Assembly (NCBI GenBank): GCA_937148845.1
Contig: CAKZRW010000027.1
Coordinates: 3,555 to 67,554 of the forward strand
Direction of reading: 5' to 3'
DNA from: an uncultured Actinomycetes bacterium
GTDB lineage: Bacteria > Actinomycetota > Thermoleophilia > RBG-16-64-13
Length of the DNA stretch: 64,000 nucleotides
Shown: piece after piece, positions 18,554-27,190 of the stretch
Numbering within the stretch: the stretch's first letter is position 1
How the letters are laid out: each line of letters opens with the position of its first letter
The notes under the pieces: model-generated
The model's input: only the letters and a program-made list of their open reading frames with translations
Database searches by the model: none
Told to the model about the DNA's origin: nothing
Program-made: the position numbers and the translations under genes

Positions 18554-19345
18554 TTAAAACAGGGCGACTGCGGCGGCGTCCACGGCGTTCACTCCTCCAT
18601 CGACCACCAGCACAGCGCCGGTCATGAAAGAAGAATCGTCGCTTGCCAGGAAGGCGCAGACCCCCGCCATCTCTTCAGGGGAAGCGATCCGTCTGAGGGG
18701 GGCGGGCCGGGCGAACCGCTCCAACACGGTTTGTGGGTCGTTGCCTTGGGCCGCGGCCTGCTCTGCGAGGGTGGCTTCAAACATCTCGGTTCGCGTGGCG
18801 CCAGGACATACAGCGTTACAGCGGATCCCCACAGGCCCGTAGTCGAGGGCGACAGCCTTGGTCAGGTGGATAAGGGCAGCCTTCGATGAGCCGTAGGCGG
18901 GACTCGCGGGCATGCAGCGGATGCCGCCGATGGAAGCGATGTTGATGATGGATCCGCCACCACCGCGAACCATGGGGGGTATGGCTTCACGCATGAGTAA
19001 GAAAGGGCCGGTCAGGTTGACGGCAAGGACCCGCTCCCATTCGTGGAGCTCAAGCTCGGTGATAGGACCCAACACGTCAAAGGCTGCATTATTCACCAGT
19101 ATGTCCATGGTCCCGTGCAGGCCTAGTGTGGTCTCTACCATGCGTTTGACATCATCAACGTAAGCCACATCCCCGGGGCACGTCACCATGGACCCGGGGT
19201 AGCGGTCTGCTAACTTCTCCAGACGCTCGCGGCGACGACCACTGATGCAGACCTTGGCGCCCTCGGCTACGAACCGTTCGGCGATGGCAGCTCCGATGCC
19301 GCTGCCGCCGCCAGTGATGAGTGCGGTCTTCCCCTTGAGTCTCAT
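18554..19345 (-). CDS. SDR-family oxidoreductase
   Basis: KTALITGGGSGIGAAIA and NNAAFD motifs. Start at MRLKGK after GGGAGGAGAAG. Confidence 0.8.
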   Translation of the reverse strand: MRLKGKTALITGGGSGIGAAIAERFVAEGAKVCISGRRRERLEKLADRYPGSMVTCPGDVAYVDDVKRMVETTLGLHGTMDILVNNAAFDVLGPITELELHEWERVLAVNLTGPFLLMREAIPPMVRGGGGSIINIASIGGIRCMPASPAYGSSKAALIHLTKAVALDYGPVGIRCNAVCPGATRTEMFEATLAEQAAAQGNDPQTVLERFARPAPLRRIASPEEMAGVCAFLASDDSSFMTGAVLVVDGGVNAVDAAAVALF

Positions 19346-19407
19346 CTTCTCCTCCCTGGCTTGACTTGCGCTTCTGGCTGCGTTGACCTGCGGCCGCACG
19401 CACGTGG

Positions 19408-19425
19408 TTAGTTAATCATAACTAA
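19408..19425. promoter_or_regulatory. Inverted repeat TTAGTTA-N4-TAACTAA in the SDR/MarR intergenic region; candidate MarR-type operator
   Basis: ttagttaatcataactaa, an AT-rich island in GC-rich DNA about 60 nt upstream of the minus-strand SDR start. Confidence 0.4.
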
Positions 19426-19653
19426 ACGGCGCCGAAACCTAGCGGTTCCAGGGTGGTCGGCAAGCGGGGTGGAGGCTGGAGGACATGCGCCCAGCCCGGA
19501 CACCCAATTGCTGACCACAGTCTCTGCTGAGGGGAGTGGTCTCGAACTGTGGGGCTGCTAGATCTCCAGCCAGGCTATGTCACATTTACGTGCCGGTCAG
19601 AGAGGGAAGAGCTGCCTGCAGAACCTGCTCGACTTTGACAGTCGTCGGGGGAG

Positions 19654-20154
19654 TCATTCGGCGGCATCCGCGGACTTCTCCGGGTCGTCCAAAGACCCCT
19701 CCGGCGCCTCGAGGGGCTCGGGCGGTTCTACTATCTCGCGCAAGGCTGCTGCCGCTCTCACCAGAATGCGCTGCCAGTCGTGCAGCATTTCCGGCCCCAG
19801 GCGGTCCAAGAGACTCATGACGCTACGCCTCAGGCTCTGCTCGCTTATCTCGAACAGACGGGCGGTCTCAGGCGCCAGGCGGATGAGTACAGACCGGCGG
19901 TCACTCTTGGACCGGGTCCGCTTCAGCATCTTCTTCTTGACCAAGAGGTCCACCATGACGGAGGCGGCCGCCGGGGTCACCCCGATGGTCTCCGCCAGTT
20001 TCTTCAGGGTCACCCCTTCCGGGTAGATCTCGGTCAACTGGCGGACGGCGATGACAGTATTGCCTTGGCTCCTGGTGACGTCGTCTACCCAGAGGACTTC
20101 CGGGCGCTTGCCCCGTTGCACCTCGCGCGTGGCCTGGGTGCGGAGCAGCTCCAA
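19654..20154 (-). CDS. MarR-family transcriptional regulator
   Basis: 166-aa ORF with a winged-HTH region (LKKLAETIGVTPAAASVMVDLLVKKKMLKRTRSKSDRRSVLIRL). Confidence 0.8.
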   Translation of the reverse strand: MELLRTQATREVQRGKRPEVLWVDDVTRSQGNTVIAVRQLTEIYPEGVTLKKLAETIGVTPAAASVMVDLLVKKKMLKRTRSKSDRRSVLIRLAPETARLFEISEQSLRRSVMSLLDRLGPEMLHDWQRILVRAAAALREIVEPPEPLEAPEGSLDDPEKSADAAE

Positions 20155-20354
20155 GACCTCCTCGGTGAGTCTCCAGATCGACTCGGAGACCTGCTCGACG
20201 GTTGTGGAGACTTCTGTTGGCTCCGTAAGGGTAGGATCGGTTTGGTGGGTCAGTGCCTCGCTCAGGGTTTCCTCCTTGCTAGCCCGGGCATCACCGGCAG
20301 GTGGCGACCCGGGGACGCTTGCACGGCGTACGATACCAGAATTGTGCCCTTAGC

Positions 20355-20383
20355 TTGACAACTTAACTTGTGTTAACTAACTT
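20355..20383 (+). promoter_or_regulatory. Promoter-like element (TTGACA, 17 nt, TAACTT) overlapping a TTAACT/AGTTAA repeat in the divergent marR/HIBADH region
   Basis: ttgacaacttaacttgtgttaactaactt. Confidence 0.4.
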
Positions 20384-20487
20384 CATGGCTCTGGGCTCGT
20401 TAGTCTGTAATCTGCGAGCCAAGGACTACAGTCGAGGAATATGAGAGCGGTAGGCGCTGGCATGCTCCACCGTAGGGAGGTCCGCCG

Positions 20488-21420
20488 ATGAACCAGAAAA
20501 TCGGTTTCATAGGTCTCGGGCAGATGGGTCGGCCCATGTGCCGCCGGCTGTTGGCTGCCGGGTTTGACCTTGTGCTTCACGATCTGGACCCGGAGGTGGC
20601 GGCGCCCCTGCTTGCCCAAGGGGCGGCTTGGGCAGGTACCCCCGCGGAAGTGGCCCGGGCCTGTCGCGTGGTCATCACCTGTCTACCTACGCCGCAGGCG
20701 GTGGAAGAGGTCGTCTTGGGACCGACCGGGCTCAGGGCTGGGTGGCAGCCCGGAGATCTCTACATCGACATGAGCACCAATGCCCCCTCGCTAATACGCC
20801 GCCTGGCTCAAGAAGCCGCCCAGATCGGGGTGGGGGTCCTTGATGCGCCGGTGAGCGGAGGCACAGTAGGGGCAGAAGCCGGCACCCTCACCATCATGGT
20901 CGGGGGCGAAGCCGCCTGGCTGGACAAGGTCCGTTCCCTCCTCGAACCCTTGGCTGCCCGCATCTTCCACATGGGTGAAGTGGGCTGCGGCAATGTGGCC
21001 AAGCTGGTCAACAACCTAGTGGGCCTGGCCTGTAACTCCATCTCCGCCGAAGGCATGGTGCTGGGGGTGAAAGCGGGCCTCGATCCTCAGATACTCTACG
21101 AGCTCATGACAGTCAGTACGGCTGACAACTGGAGTCTAAGACAATATCCCCGCACGGTCTTCAAGCGCAACTTCGCCCCTGGCTTCAAGATAAATCTAGC
21201 CCACAAGGACTTGACGCTCGCCCTTGCTCTCGGCCGGGAGCATGGGGTGCCTCTAGCGGTGGCGGAAGCGGTCAAGGCTGATCTAGAGGCCGCCATAGCC
21301 GCCGGCTTGGGCGAGCAAGGTGTGGATGCTGTCATCCTGCCTCGGGAAGCCAGGACGGGCGTGGTCGTGGGGGGACCGACCCAAGAGCACCAGCCAAAGG
21401 GAGTAGCCACATGGTCATAG
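20488..21420 (+). CDS. NAD(P)-dependent 3-hydroxyisobutyrate dehydrogenase-family oxidoreductase
   Basis: IGFIGLGQMGRPM dinucleotide-binding motif and the HIBADH/6PGDH N-terminal family pattern. Confidence 0.8.
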   Translation: MNQKIGFIGLGQMGRPMCRRLLAAGFDLVLHDLDPEVAAPLLAQGAAWAGTPAEVARACRVVITCLPTPQAVEEVVLGPTGLRAGWQPGDLYIDMSTNAPSLIRRLAQEAAQIGVGVLDAPVSGGTVGAEAGTLTIMVGGEAAWLDKVRSLLEPLAARIFHMGEVGCGNVAKLVNNLVGLACNSISAEGMVLGVKAGLDPQILYELMTVSTADNWSLRQYPRTVFKRNFAPGFKINLAHKDLTLALALGREHGVPLAVAEAVKADLEAAIAAGLGEQGVDAVILPREARTGVVVGGPTQEHQPKGVATWS

Positions 21421-21779
21421 TAGAAAGCAGCACAGTAGAAGTAGCACACATGAGCCCCGAGAACGATCCCATCGTCAAGTCCGCCCCGGTGAGTGGCCGC
21501 CGACTCTTTCACATGACCGCCGAGACCGGGGGCTGGGGAGCCGCTCTCACCAGCTTCGGCATCGGGGGGCGCTTGGACTGGCATGTGCATGACTCCGAGC
21601 AGATCCTCTTCATTACCGAGGGGAGGGGCATCGTGGCCACCAAGGAGAAGGAGTATGTGGTCACCCCCGGCTGCCTGGTCTATATCCCGGCAGGAGAGGT
21701 CCACTGGCATGGGGCTTGCCCCGACTCCGCCATGAGCCACCTCAACCTGCAGAAGGCTGGCATCCGCCGGGCGGAGTAG
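21411..21779 (+). CDS. Small cupin_2-domain protein
   Basis: HVHDSEQILFITEGRG...YIPAGEVHWHG two-motif cupin. An alternative start lies at 21450. Confidence 0.55.
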   Translation: MVIVESSTVEVAHMSPENDPIVKSAPVSGRRLFHMTAETGGWGAALTSFGIGGRLDWHVHDSEQILFITEGRGIVATKEKEYVVTPGCLVYIPAGEVHWHGACPDSAMSHLNLQKAGIRRAE

Positions 21780-22458
21780 CGGTGTCAGGCCCAGCTTTGC
21801 CGCCAGGCGGCGTGGCGGCATCGGGCCGAGCTTTTTCGCCAGGCGGCATAGCCGCGATGGAGTCGAGGATGAAATCCAGCATACGAAGCGAGCGGGTCTC
21901 GTTCCACTCGTGAGAGATGCCCATCAGGTGAGCAATGTCCTCGGTCCAGGCGCGACTTACCAACATCCAGGCGGTCTGCAGAGGATCGACCTCGGGCCGC
22001 ACTGAGCCTTCTTGCTTAGCCTGCCGTATCAAGTCGGCTATCTGGTGGATGAGCACTAGGTGCTTCTGCCCCAAAGTCTCGCGCAGCCCCTCTTCTGGCG
22101 GAGCCGCAATGAACTCGAACAGAGCCAACACCGAGCGGTCATCGCGGCCCAGGAGCTGCGAATGGCGGCCTTCGATGGTCCGCAGGCGATCGAGTGCGTT
22201 GCCGTTCGGCACCTCGCGGTGGAGTGAGGTGCGGTGCTCCATGAGGACGTCGAGCGAGGCCAAGAGGATCTCGCGTCGGTTGCGGAAGTGCGCATAGAGG
22301 GCCGGAGTGGTCACCCCTACCCGGTCCGCTATACGCGACAGGGTGGTGCCTCTAACCCCGTGCTCTGCGATCAGGTCCAGTGTAGCTCTCACAATCTGCT
22401 CCCGGCGGGCGTCACGGTTGAGTCTTCTCCTCGGCCCGGGGGCGAAGTGGGGATTCAT
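21742..22458 (-). CDS. TetR-family transcriptional regulator
   Basis: N-terminal HTH (RREQIVRATLDLIAEHGVRGTTLSRIADRVGVTTPALYAHFRNR). Confidence 0.8.
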   Translation of the reverse strand: MNPHFAPGPRRRLNRDARREQIVRATLDLIAEHGVRGTTLSRIADRVGVTTPALYAHFRNRREILLASLDVLMEHRTSLHREVPNGNALDRLRTIEGRHSQLLGRDDRSVLALFEFIAAPPEEGLRETLGQKHLVLIHQIADLIRQAKQEGSVRPEVDPLQTAWMLVSRAWTEDIAHLMGISHEWNETRSLRMLDFILDSIAAMPPGEKARPDAATPPGGKAGPDTATPPGGCQPSAG

Positions 22459-22515
22459 AGTGCATCCCTTGGAGACGGTGAGGTTCTGCTTCCTTAGTAT
22501 CGGCGCGCCTCCGGC

Positions 22516-23631
22516 CTAGAACTTGAAGGTAGCGGGCGCGGGCAGCGGCGTGAACTCGCCTTCATGGAACTTGGCGTTGTCGGTCAGAGCCAAGACCAGC
22601 ATGTAGTAAGGCCGCTCGACACGCTTGAAGTAGTTGGGATTATGTAGCACCCCCCCTGGCACGTAGATGGACGTCGGCTCGGTGAAGCTATAGTCCTCGT
22701 CGCCGAGATACGCGACCACTTCCCCACCCAAGTTGAGCGTGTCGTGGGGGTCCGTGGGCAGGTAGAGGAAGACTTCGTCGTAGCTCTGATAGTGCTGCAT
22801 GCCTTTCGTCCAGTCCCAATACGACATGGGGTCGTTCTTGGCGAGGTCAGCCAAGGTGGGGACTCCTACGCCGGTTCCGCCCGCGTAGACCAAGAAGAAC
22901 TCGGTCCAAAGAGGGGCCCGGCAGACCTTGTCGTCGAACATGAGATTGGGGGTGCACACACGACCCAGGAGGAACGATATGTAGATGTCCTGTGACAGGG
23001 TCAGACGGTTGACGTAAGGAGCGTATTTCCCCGGACCTGGCTGCGGCACGCCGACGAGATCAGGATCGAACTTGCCTGGATAAGGATAGTAGCGGGTGCC
23101 CTCTCCCCACAGGCGGAAAACATTGGTGAGCGACACGCAGATGACCATGATGGGATGCCGCGGGTCATTCACTTTGGTCACGATCCAAGGATTGTGGGGC
23201 ACTCCCTTGGGTACGAACACGGCCGTAGGGTCAGGCATCACGAACTTTTCCGCCTCATCCCCGGCGCCGAGCCACATCTCCACTTGTCCGCCCAGGCGGG
23301 TGTTGTCGGTATGGTCGCTCCCGATGAAGTAGTACACCTCGTCGAAATCGTCGTGTGAGTGGGTGCCCAGGTTCTTGAGCTCCTCGACTGGCCGACCGTC
23401 GACCAGGGGGGTGAACTTGCTGGGGGCAAGAAAACCGGTTCCGGGGGCATAGGCATAGTAGATCTCAGCCCGGATGGGCGACTCCGGGGTGGTCTTCTGG
23501 TCGTGGACCAGGGGGAAATCCGAGATCTTGCCCCGGAAAGAAGGGCTGATGAACTCCGTGCCCAGCCTAAGAGGCTGCACATATTTGGAGTACTGTCGCT
23601 CTTGCATCGTCCTTTTCCTTCCTAATGTCAC
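22516..23631 (-). CDS. Bicupin protein (tandem duplication of the HxH..E..PxGxxH cupin domain), paralog 2 of 4
   Basis: The two halves align with each other (HSHDDFDEVYYFIGSD..LGGQVE..VPKGVPHNP against YDEVFLYLPTD..LGGEVV..VPGGVLHNP) and with the ORFs at 44645 and 46831. Confidence 0.6.
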   Translation of the reverse strand: MTLGRKRTMQERQYSKYVQPLRLGTEFISPSFRGKISDFPLVHDQKTTPESPIRAEIYYAYAPGTGFLAPSKFTPLVDGRPVEELKNLGTHSHDDFDEVYYFIGSDHTDNTRLGGQVEMWLGAGDEAEKFVMPDPTAVFVPKGVPHNPWIVTKVNDPRHPIMVICVSLTNVFRLWGEGTRYYPYPGKFDPDLVGVPQPGPGKYAPYVNRLTLSQDIYISFLLGRVCTPNLMFDDKVCRAPLWTEFFLVYAGGTGVGVPTLADLAKNDPMSYWDWTKGMQHYQSYDEVFLYLPTDPHDTLNLGGEVVAYLGDEDYSFTEPTSIYVPGGVLHNPNYFKRVERPYYMLVLALTDNAKFHEGEFTPLPAPATFKF

Positions 23632-23786
23632 CCTGTGTATGAGTGGAGCAGGTCAGTCGGGCGTCAGTTGGACCGCGAGTACTTTCAGGGGTCCATCGCA
23701 CCCAACATAGAGGAGAAAGGAGCCTTCAGTCAAGGAGGTCGTTAAACTGATTTAAGTTTGTCGGGCAGACTCGTGGCTCGCTTCTC

Positions 23787-23844
23787 CATTAAGTTAGTAA
23801 AGCTTAATGAATTGCTTGACTGACCTTGGCGGCCCGGGTATGGT
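23787..23844 (+). promoter_or_regulatory. Promoter of the SnoaL/DUF169/MFS block (-35 TTGACT, 17-nt spacer, -10 TATGGT) preceded by the second copy of the AT-rich element
   Basis: TTGACT at 23816-23821 and TATGGT at 23839-23844, with upstream element agttagtaaagcttaatgaattgc. It lies in the divergent region shared with the bicupin-TetR operon. Confidence 0.5.
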
Positions 23845-24111
23845 GGATACGGCTCGGCGGGTGGAGGGTTGCCAGCCGGCCCAGGGAGCGAGGCTCGGGA
23901 CCCCCTGACTGTCTCAGCCGGAAGACGAAGTGACCCCCGGCTGCGGCTCTGGGCGCGGAGAGGGAGCCGGACTCTCCCGGCCCGTCCCCCCGGGGAGCAA
24001 GGCTCTGGTTCATGCGCTTTTCACCCTGCCGGGCCCTAAAGCACGAGTGACACCGCTAGGTAGCAAGAGCGGGGAAGGAAGAACGGGGAAGAGGATCCCA
24101 GGGAGGGAGTC

Positions 24112-24741
24112 ATGGCGACGCTGGAAGAGCTTCAAGCACGACTCACGCGTTTGGACGATATCAACAAGATCGAACGGCTGCAGCGCATCTACGGCTACTA
24201 CCAGGATTACGGCGAGTGGGAGAAGATAGTCGATCTGTTCACCGACAACGACCCCAGCGTGGAGGAAGCCGACCGTGGAGTCTACCGGGGCAAGGAGAGC
24301 GTCCGGCGCTACTACGTGGACCTTCTGGGCGGAGGCCCGGGACACAAGCCGCGGCCCGGATGGCTCAACATCATGTTCCAGTTGCAAGGGGTTATCACCT
24401 TCGAGTCGGACGGTCTTATGGCGCACGCTCGCTGGTACGGCATGGGCATGGAGGCGAAACCCATCGTCTCACTGCACGAGGGTGAGCTTCGCCAGACTTG
24501 GATACATGGCATCTACGAGAACAGCTACGTTAAAGAAGAGGGCGTGTGGAAGTTCAAGAAGCTTCATTTCAATCTGGTTTTCCGCACGCCGTTCGAGGAC
24601 GGCTGGCTGAAGGTGCCGGTGGTCGGCCAGCTGGGCCCCGACCCTGATATTCCCCCGGACGAGCCGCCCACGGCCTACTACCCGTACCCCTCTGGCTACC
24701 ACGTACCCTTCTCGTTCAAGCATCCCGTGACTGGGCAATAG
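24112..24741 (+). CDS. SnoaL/NTF2-like fold protein (copy 1 of a tandem pair)
   Basis: About 205 aa. LEELQARLTRLDDINKIERLQRIYGYY and the C-terminal half align throughout with the next gene. Confidence 0.55.
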   Translation: MATLEELQARLTRLDDINKIERLQRIYGYYQDYGEWEKIVDLFTDNDPSVEEADRGVYRGKESVRRYYVDLLGGGPGHKPRPGWLNIMFQLQGVITFESDGLMAHARWYGMGMEAKPIVSLHEGELRQTWIHGIYENSYVKEEGVWKFKKLHFNLVFRTPFEDGWLKVPVVGQLGPDPDIPPDEPPTAYYPYPSGYHVPFSFKHPVTGQ

Positions 24742-24792
24742 GCAGCTAGGTGTGGACCGGAAAAGGTAGCGATTGGGGGAAAGGAGCCCAGG

Positions 24793-25407
24793 GTGACCAT
24801 GACGCTGGAAGAGCTTGAGCGCGAAGTGACCCGCTTGGAGGATATCCAAGCCATCAAAGAGCTGCAGATGAAGTACGGCTACTACATGGACTCGCATCAC
24901 CGGCAGGAGGTGGTCGACCTATTTTTCGAGGACACGGAGTCGATCGAGATCGAAAGCACCGGCCTCTTCATCGGCAAAGAAGGAGTGAAGAAGTTCTTTC
25001 TGGACAACGATCTGCTGCAACCGGGGCAGACCGAGGTACCGGGTTGGGTCAACATCCGGATCTTCATGGACCAGCCGGTCATCGACATCGACCCCTCGGG
25101 AACCACGGCCAAAGGCCGGTGGTCGACCTGGCTGGCGGAAGCGATGGTGGTGGGCGGCATCCCACGGCAGCAGTGGGTGCACGGTTACTACGAGAATGAG
25201 TACGTGAAGGAGAACGGTAAGTGGTTGTTCAAGAAACTTCACTGGAATGTGACCTTCTTCACGTCGTTCGAGCGGGGTTGGCTGAACGTCCCGCTACTAG
25301 GTCTTCTCAATCGGCCGGACGCCGATGCCCCTGCCCCTCACTTCCATCCTTATCCTTCGGGGTATCGGTTGCCGTATCACTTCGTACACCCCGTGACCGG
25401 GTGTTGA
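24793..25407 (+). CDS. SnoaL/NTF2-like fold protein (copy 2 of a tandem pair)
   Basis: Paralog of 24112..24741 (LEELEREVTRLEDIQAIKELQMKYGYY...WVHGYYENEYVKENGKWLFKKLHWN). Confidence 0.55.
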   Translation: MTMTLEELEREVTRLEDIQAIKELQMKYGYYMDSHHRQEVVDLFFEDTESIEIESTGLFIGKEGVKKFFLDNDLLQPGQTEVPGWVNIRIFMDQPVIDIDPSGTTAKGRWSTWLAEAMVVGGIPRQQWVHGYYENEYVKENGKWLFKKLHWNVTFFTSFERGWLNVPLLGLLNRPDADAPAPHFHPYPSGYRLPYHFVHPVTGC

Positions 25408-25478
25408 GGGCGGCGCGGGCGCGGTATTGCGCGCCCGCGCCGCCCCCTCGCGTCCCCAAGCCCCTGGTTTGAGCGGAG

Positions 25479-26237
25479 GTGGGCATGAAGCCAGCGACCC
25501 TCGACTTCAGCGTACTTGAAAGACTGGGACTTTCTCGCCTGCCGGTGGGGGTGAAGTTCCTGCCCTACAGGCCCCAAGGCGTGGCACGGCTGGACCGTGG
25601 CCTGAATTTCTGCCAGATGTTCGTGGCTGCCCAGGAGGGGCCGGCGTTCTATGTCGAACGCGCGGATTTTCGCTGCGTAGAGCCGATGATACTGGGCATG
25701 GAAGACCTTGACCCGGTTCCGCTCAGCGGGCTGGTGGGAGAGTTGGACGGCCTCTACGAAGAACTCCGGGCCAACCAGAAGGCTTATTACGTCATTCCCC
25801 GCTTGCTGCGGGGCACTGTGAAGTGCGTGGTCTTCGCCTCTCTAAGACATCTCTCGTTCGACCCCGATGTTCTTCTTCTGGTCGCCGACAACACCGACCA
25901 GGCCAGGACTGTGATGAGGGCGACAGTGTATTCCACTGGCGAGGCGTGGACCGCGAAGGGGACGCCGATACTGGCGTGTGCCTGGCTCTACGTCTACCCC
26001 TACCTGAGCGGCGAGGTCAACTACATGGTCAGTGGCATGAGTATGGGTATGCAGGCGCTCGAGGTGCTTCCCCAAGGCCTGATGATCATCGCTATTCCTT
26101 GGCAGAAACTACCCATGGTTCTATGCAACCTGACGAAGATGGACTGGCACCCCTTGTCGGAGAACATCACTGGAGAAGAGCACAAAGAACGCTTTGCCGC
26201 CTTACTGAAGGAGATCGAGCAGAAGATCGATGAATGA
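25479..26237 (+). CDS. Uncharacterised conserved protein, possibly DUF169/COG2043-like (copy 1 of a tandem pair)
   Basis: 252-aa ORF that aligns over its full length with the next gene (LNFCQMFVAAQEGPAFYV..., GTPILACAWLYVYPYLSGEVNYMVSGMSMGM). The family name is from memory and not verified. Confidence 0.5.
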   Translation: MGMKPATLDFSVLERLGLSRLPVGVKFLPYRPQGVARLDRGLNFCQMFVAAQEGPAFYVERADFRCVEPMILGMEDLDPVPLSGLVGELDGLYEELRANQKAYYVIPRLLRGTVKCVVFASLRHLSFDPDVLLLVADNTDQARTVMRATVYSTGEAWTAKGTPILACAWLYVYPYLSGEVNYMVSGMSMGMQALEVLPQGLMIIAIPWQKLPMVLCNLTKMDWHPLSENITGEEHKERFAALLKEIEQKIDE

Positions 26238-26408
26238 CAGCTTCGCCAGAGGATGGGCGGCAAGGAATCCAGCGTTAGCAGTCCGAACGGCCGGGATTCT
26301 CCGCGGCAGCAGTCCATGCCGCCAGTACCCCTCGGGGAGGGCCTTGCCCGAGGCTTTAGAGGCGAGGACAGATACTGACCTACACCGTAGACCCAGGGAG
26401 GCAGGAAG

Positions 26409-27176
26409 ATGCACGACTATTCAGTGTTCGGTCGTTTTGACTTCGAGTGGAGCCCAGTGGGGGTGAGCTTTCTGCTAAAAGAGCCCCAGGGCGTCAGGCA
26501 GCTCGAAAAACAACTGGCCTTGTGCGAGATGTTCAGGGAAGCGCAAGCCGGGCCGCCCTTCTACGTGACGGCCGACAATTTCCAGTGCGGCACCCAAGTC
26601 GTGGGTTTGGCGGACTTTCCTCCCGTCATGTACAGCGGACAACTGGGGCCCGAGTTCTCCATGTTCAAGACCCCTTCTGCCAATCGGCGCGTCTACGACT
26701 ACGTGCCGGTGCTGCCCCGGGATTCGGTCCGCTACTTGGTCCACGCCCGGCTGGAGGAGATGACCTTCGACCCGGACCTGCTGATTCTTACCGCGAACGC
26801 GGCGCAGGCGGAGATCATCCTGCGGGCGAGCAGCTACTCCGACGGTCGCATGTGGTGCGCGCAAGGTTCGAGTTGTCTTGCCTGTGCCTGGCTCTACGCT
26901 TTCCCCTACTTGCGCGGCGAGCTCAACTACACCGTCAGCGGTCTGGGTTTCAGCATGAAAGCCCGCCAGGTCATGCCCGACGGCCTGATCCTGATCGCGG
27001 TCCCGGGGGAGATGCTCTCCCAGCTGATCGAGAATCTCAACGACATGGAGTGGGAACCGAAGTGGTTCAAGCTGGGTCGGGAGGGCTTCGTGCAGGCCGT
27101 CAGGGAGCTTGAGGCTCGCCTCTCCCAGGAGTACCCGCCGGAGCTAGTGTGGGGCGAAGGCGGCGGCGTGCGGTGA
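26409..27176 (+). CDS. Uncharacterised conserved protein, possibly DUF169/COG2043-like (copy 2 of a tandem pair)
   Basis: Paralog of 25479..26237 (LALCEMFREAQAGPPFYV..., SSCLACAWLYAFPYLRGELNYTVSGLGFSM). Confidence 0.5.
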   Translation: MHDYSVFGRFDFEWSPVGVSFLLKEPQGVRQLEKQLALCEMFREAQAGPPFYVTADNFQCGTQVVGLADFPPVMYSGQLGPEFSMFKTPSANRRVYDYVPVLPRDSVRYLVHARLEEMTFDPDLLILTANAAQAEIILRASSYSDGRMWCAQGSSCLACAWLYAFPYLRGELNYTVSGLGFSMKARQVMPDGLILIAVPGEMLSQLIENLNDMEWEPKWFKLGREGFVQAVRELEARLSQEYPPELVWGEGGGVR

Positions 27177-27190
27177 GTCCGAGCTCCGGG

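Noticed and set aside
23930-24229. 99-aa plus-strand ORF in the leader of the SnoaL block
   Set aside because: It runs out of frame into the first SnoaL gene, has no RBS and is low complexity. The leader is treated as untranslated.
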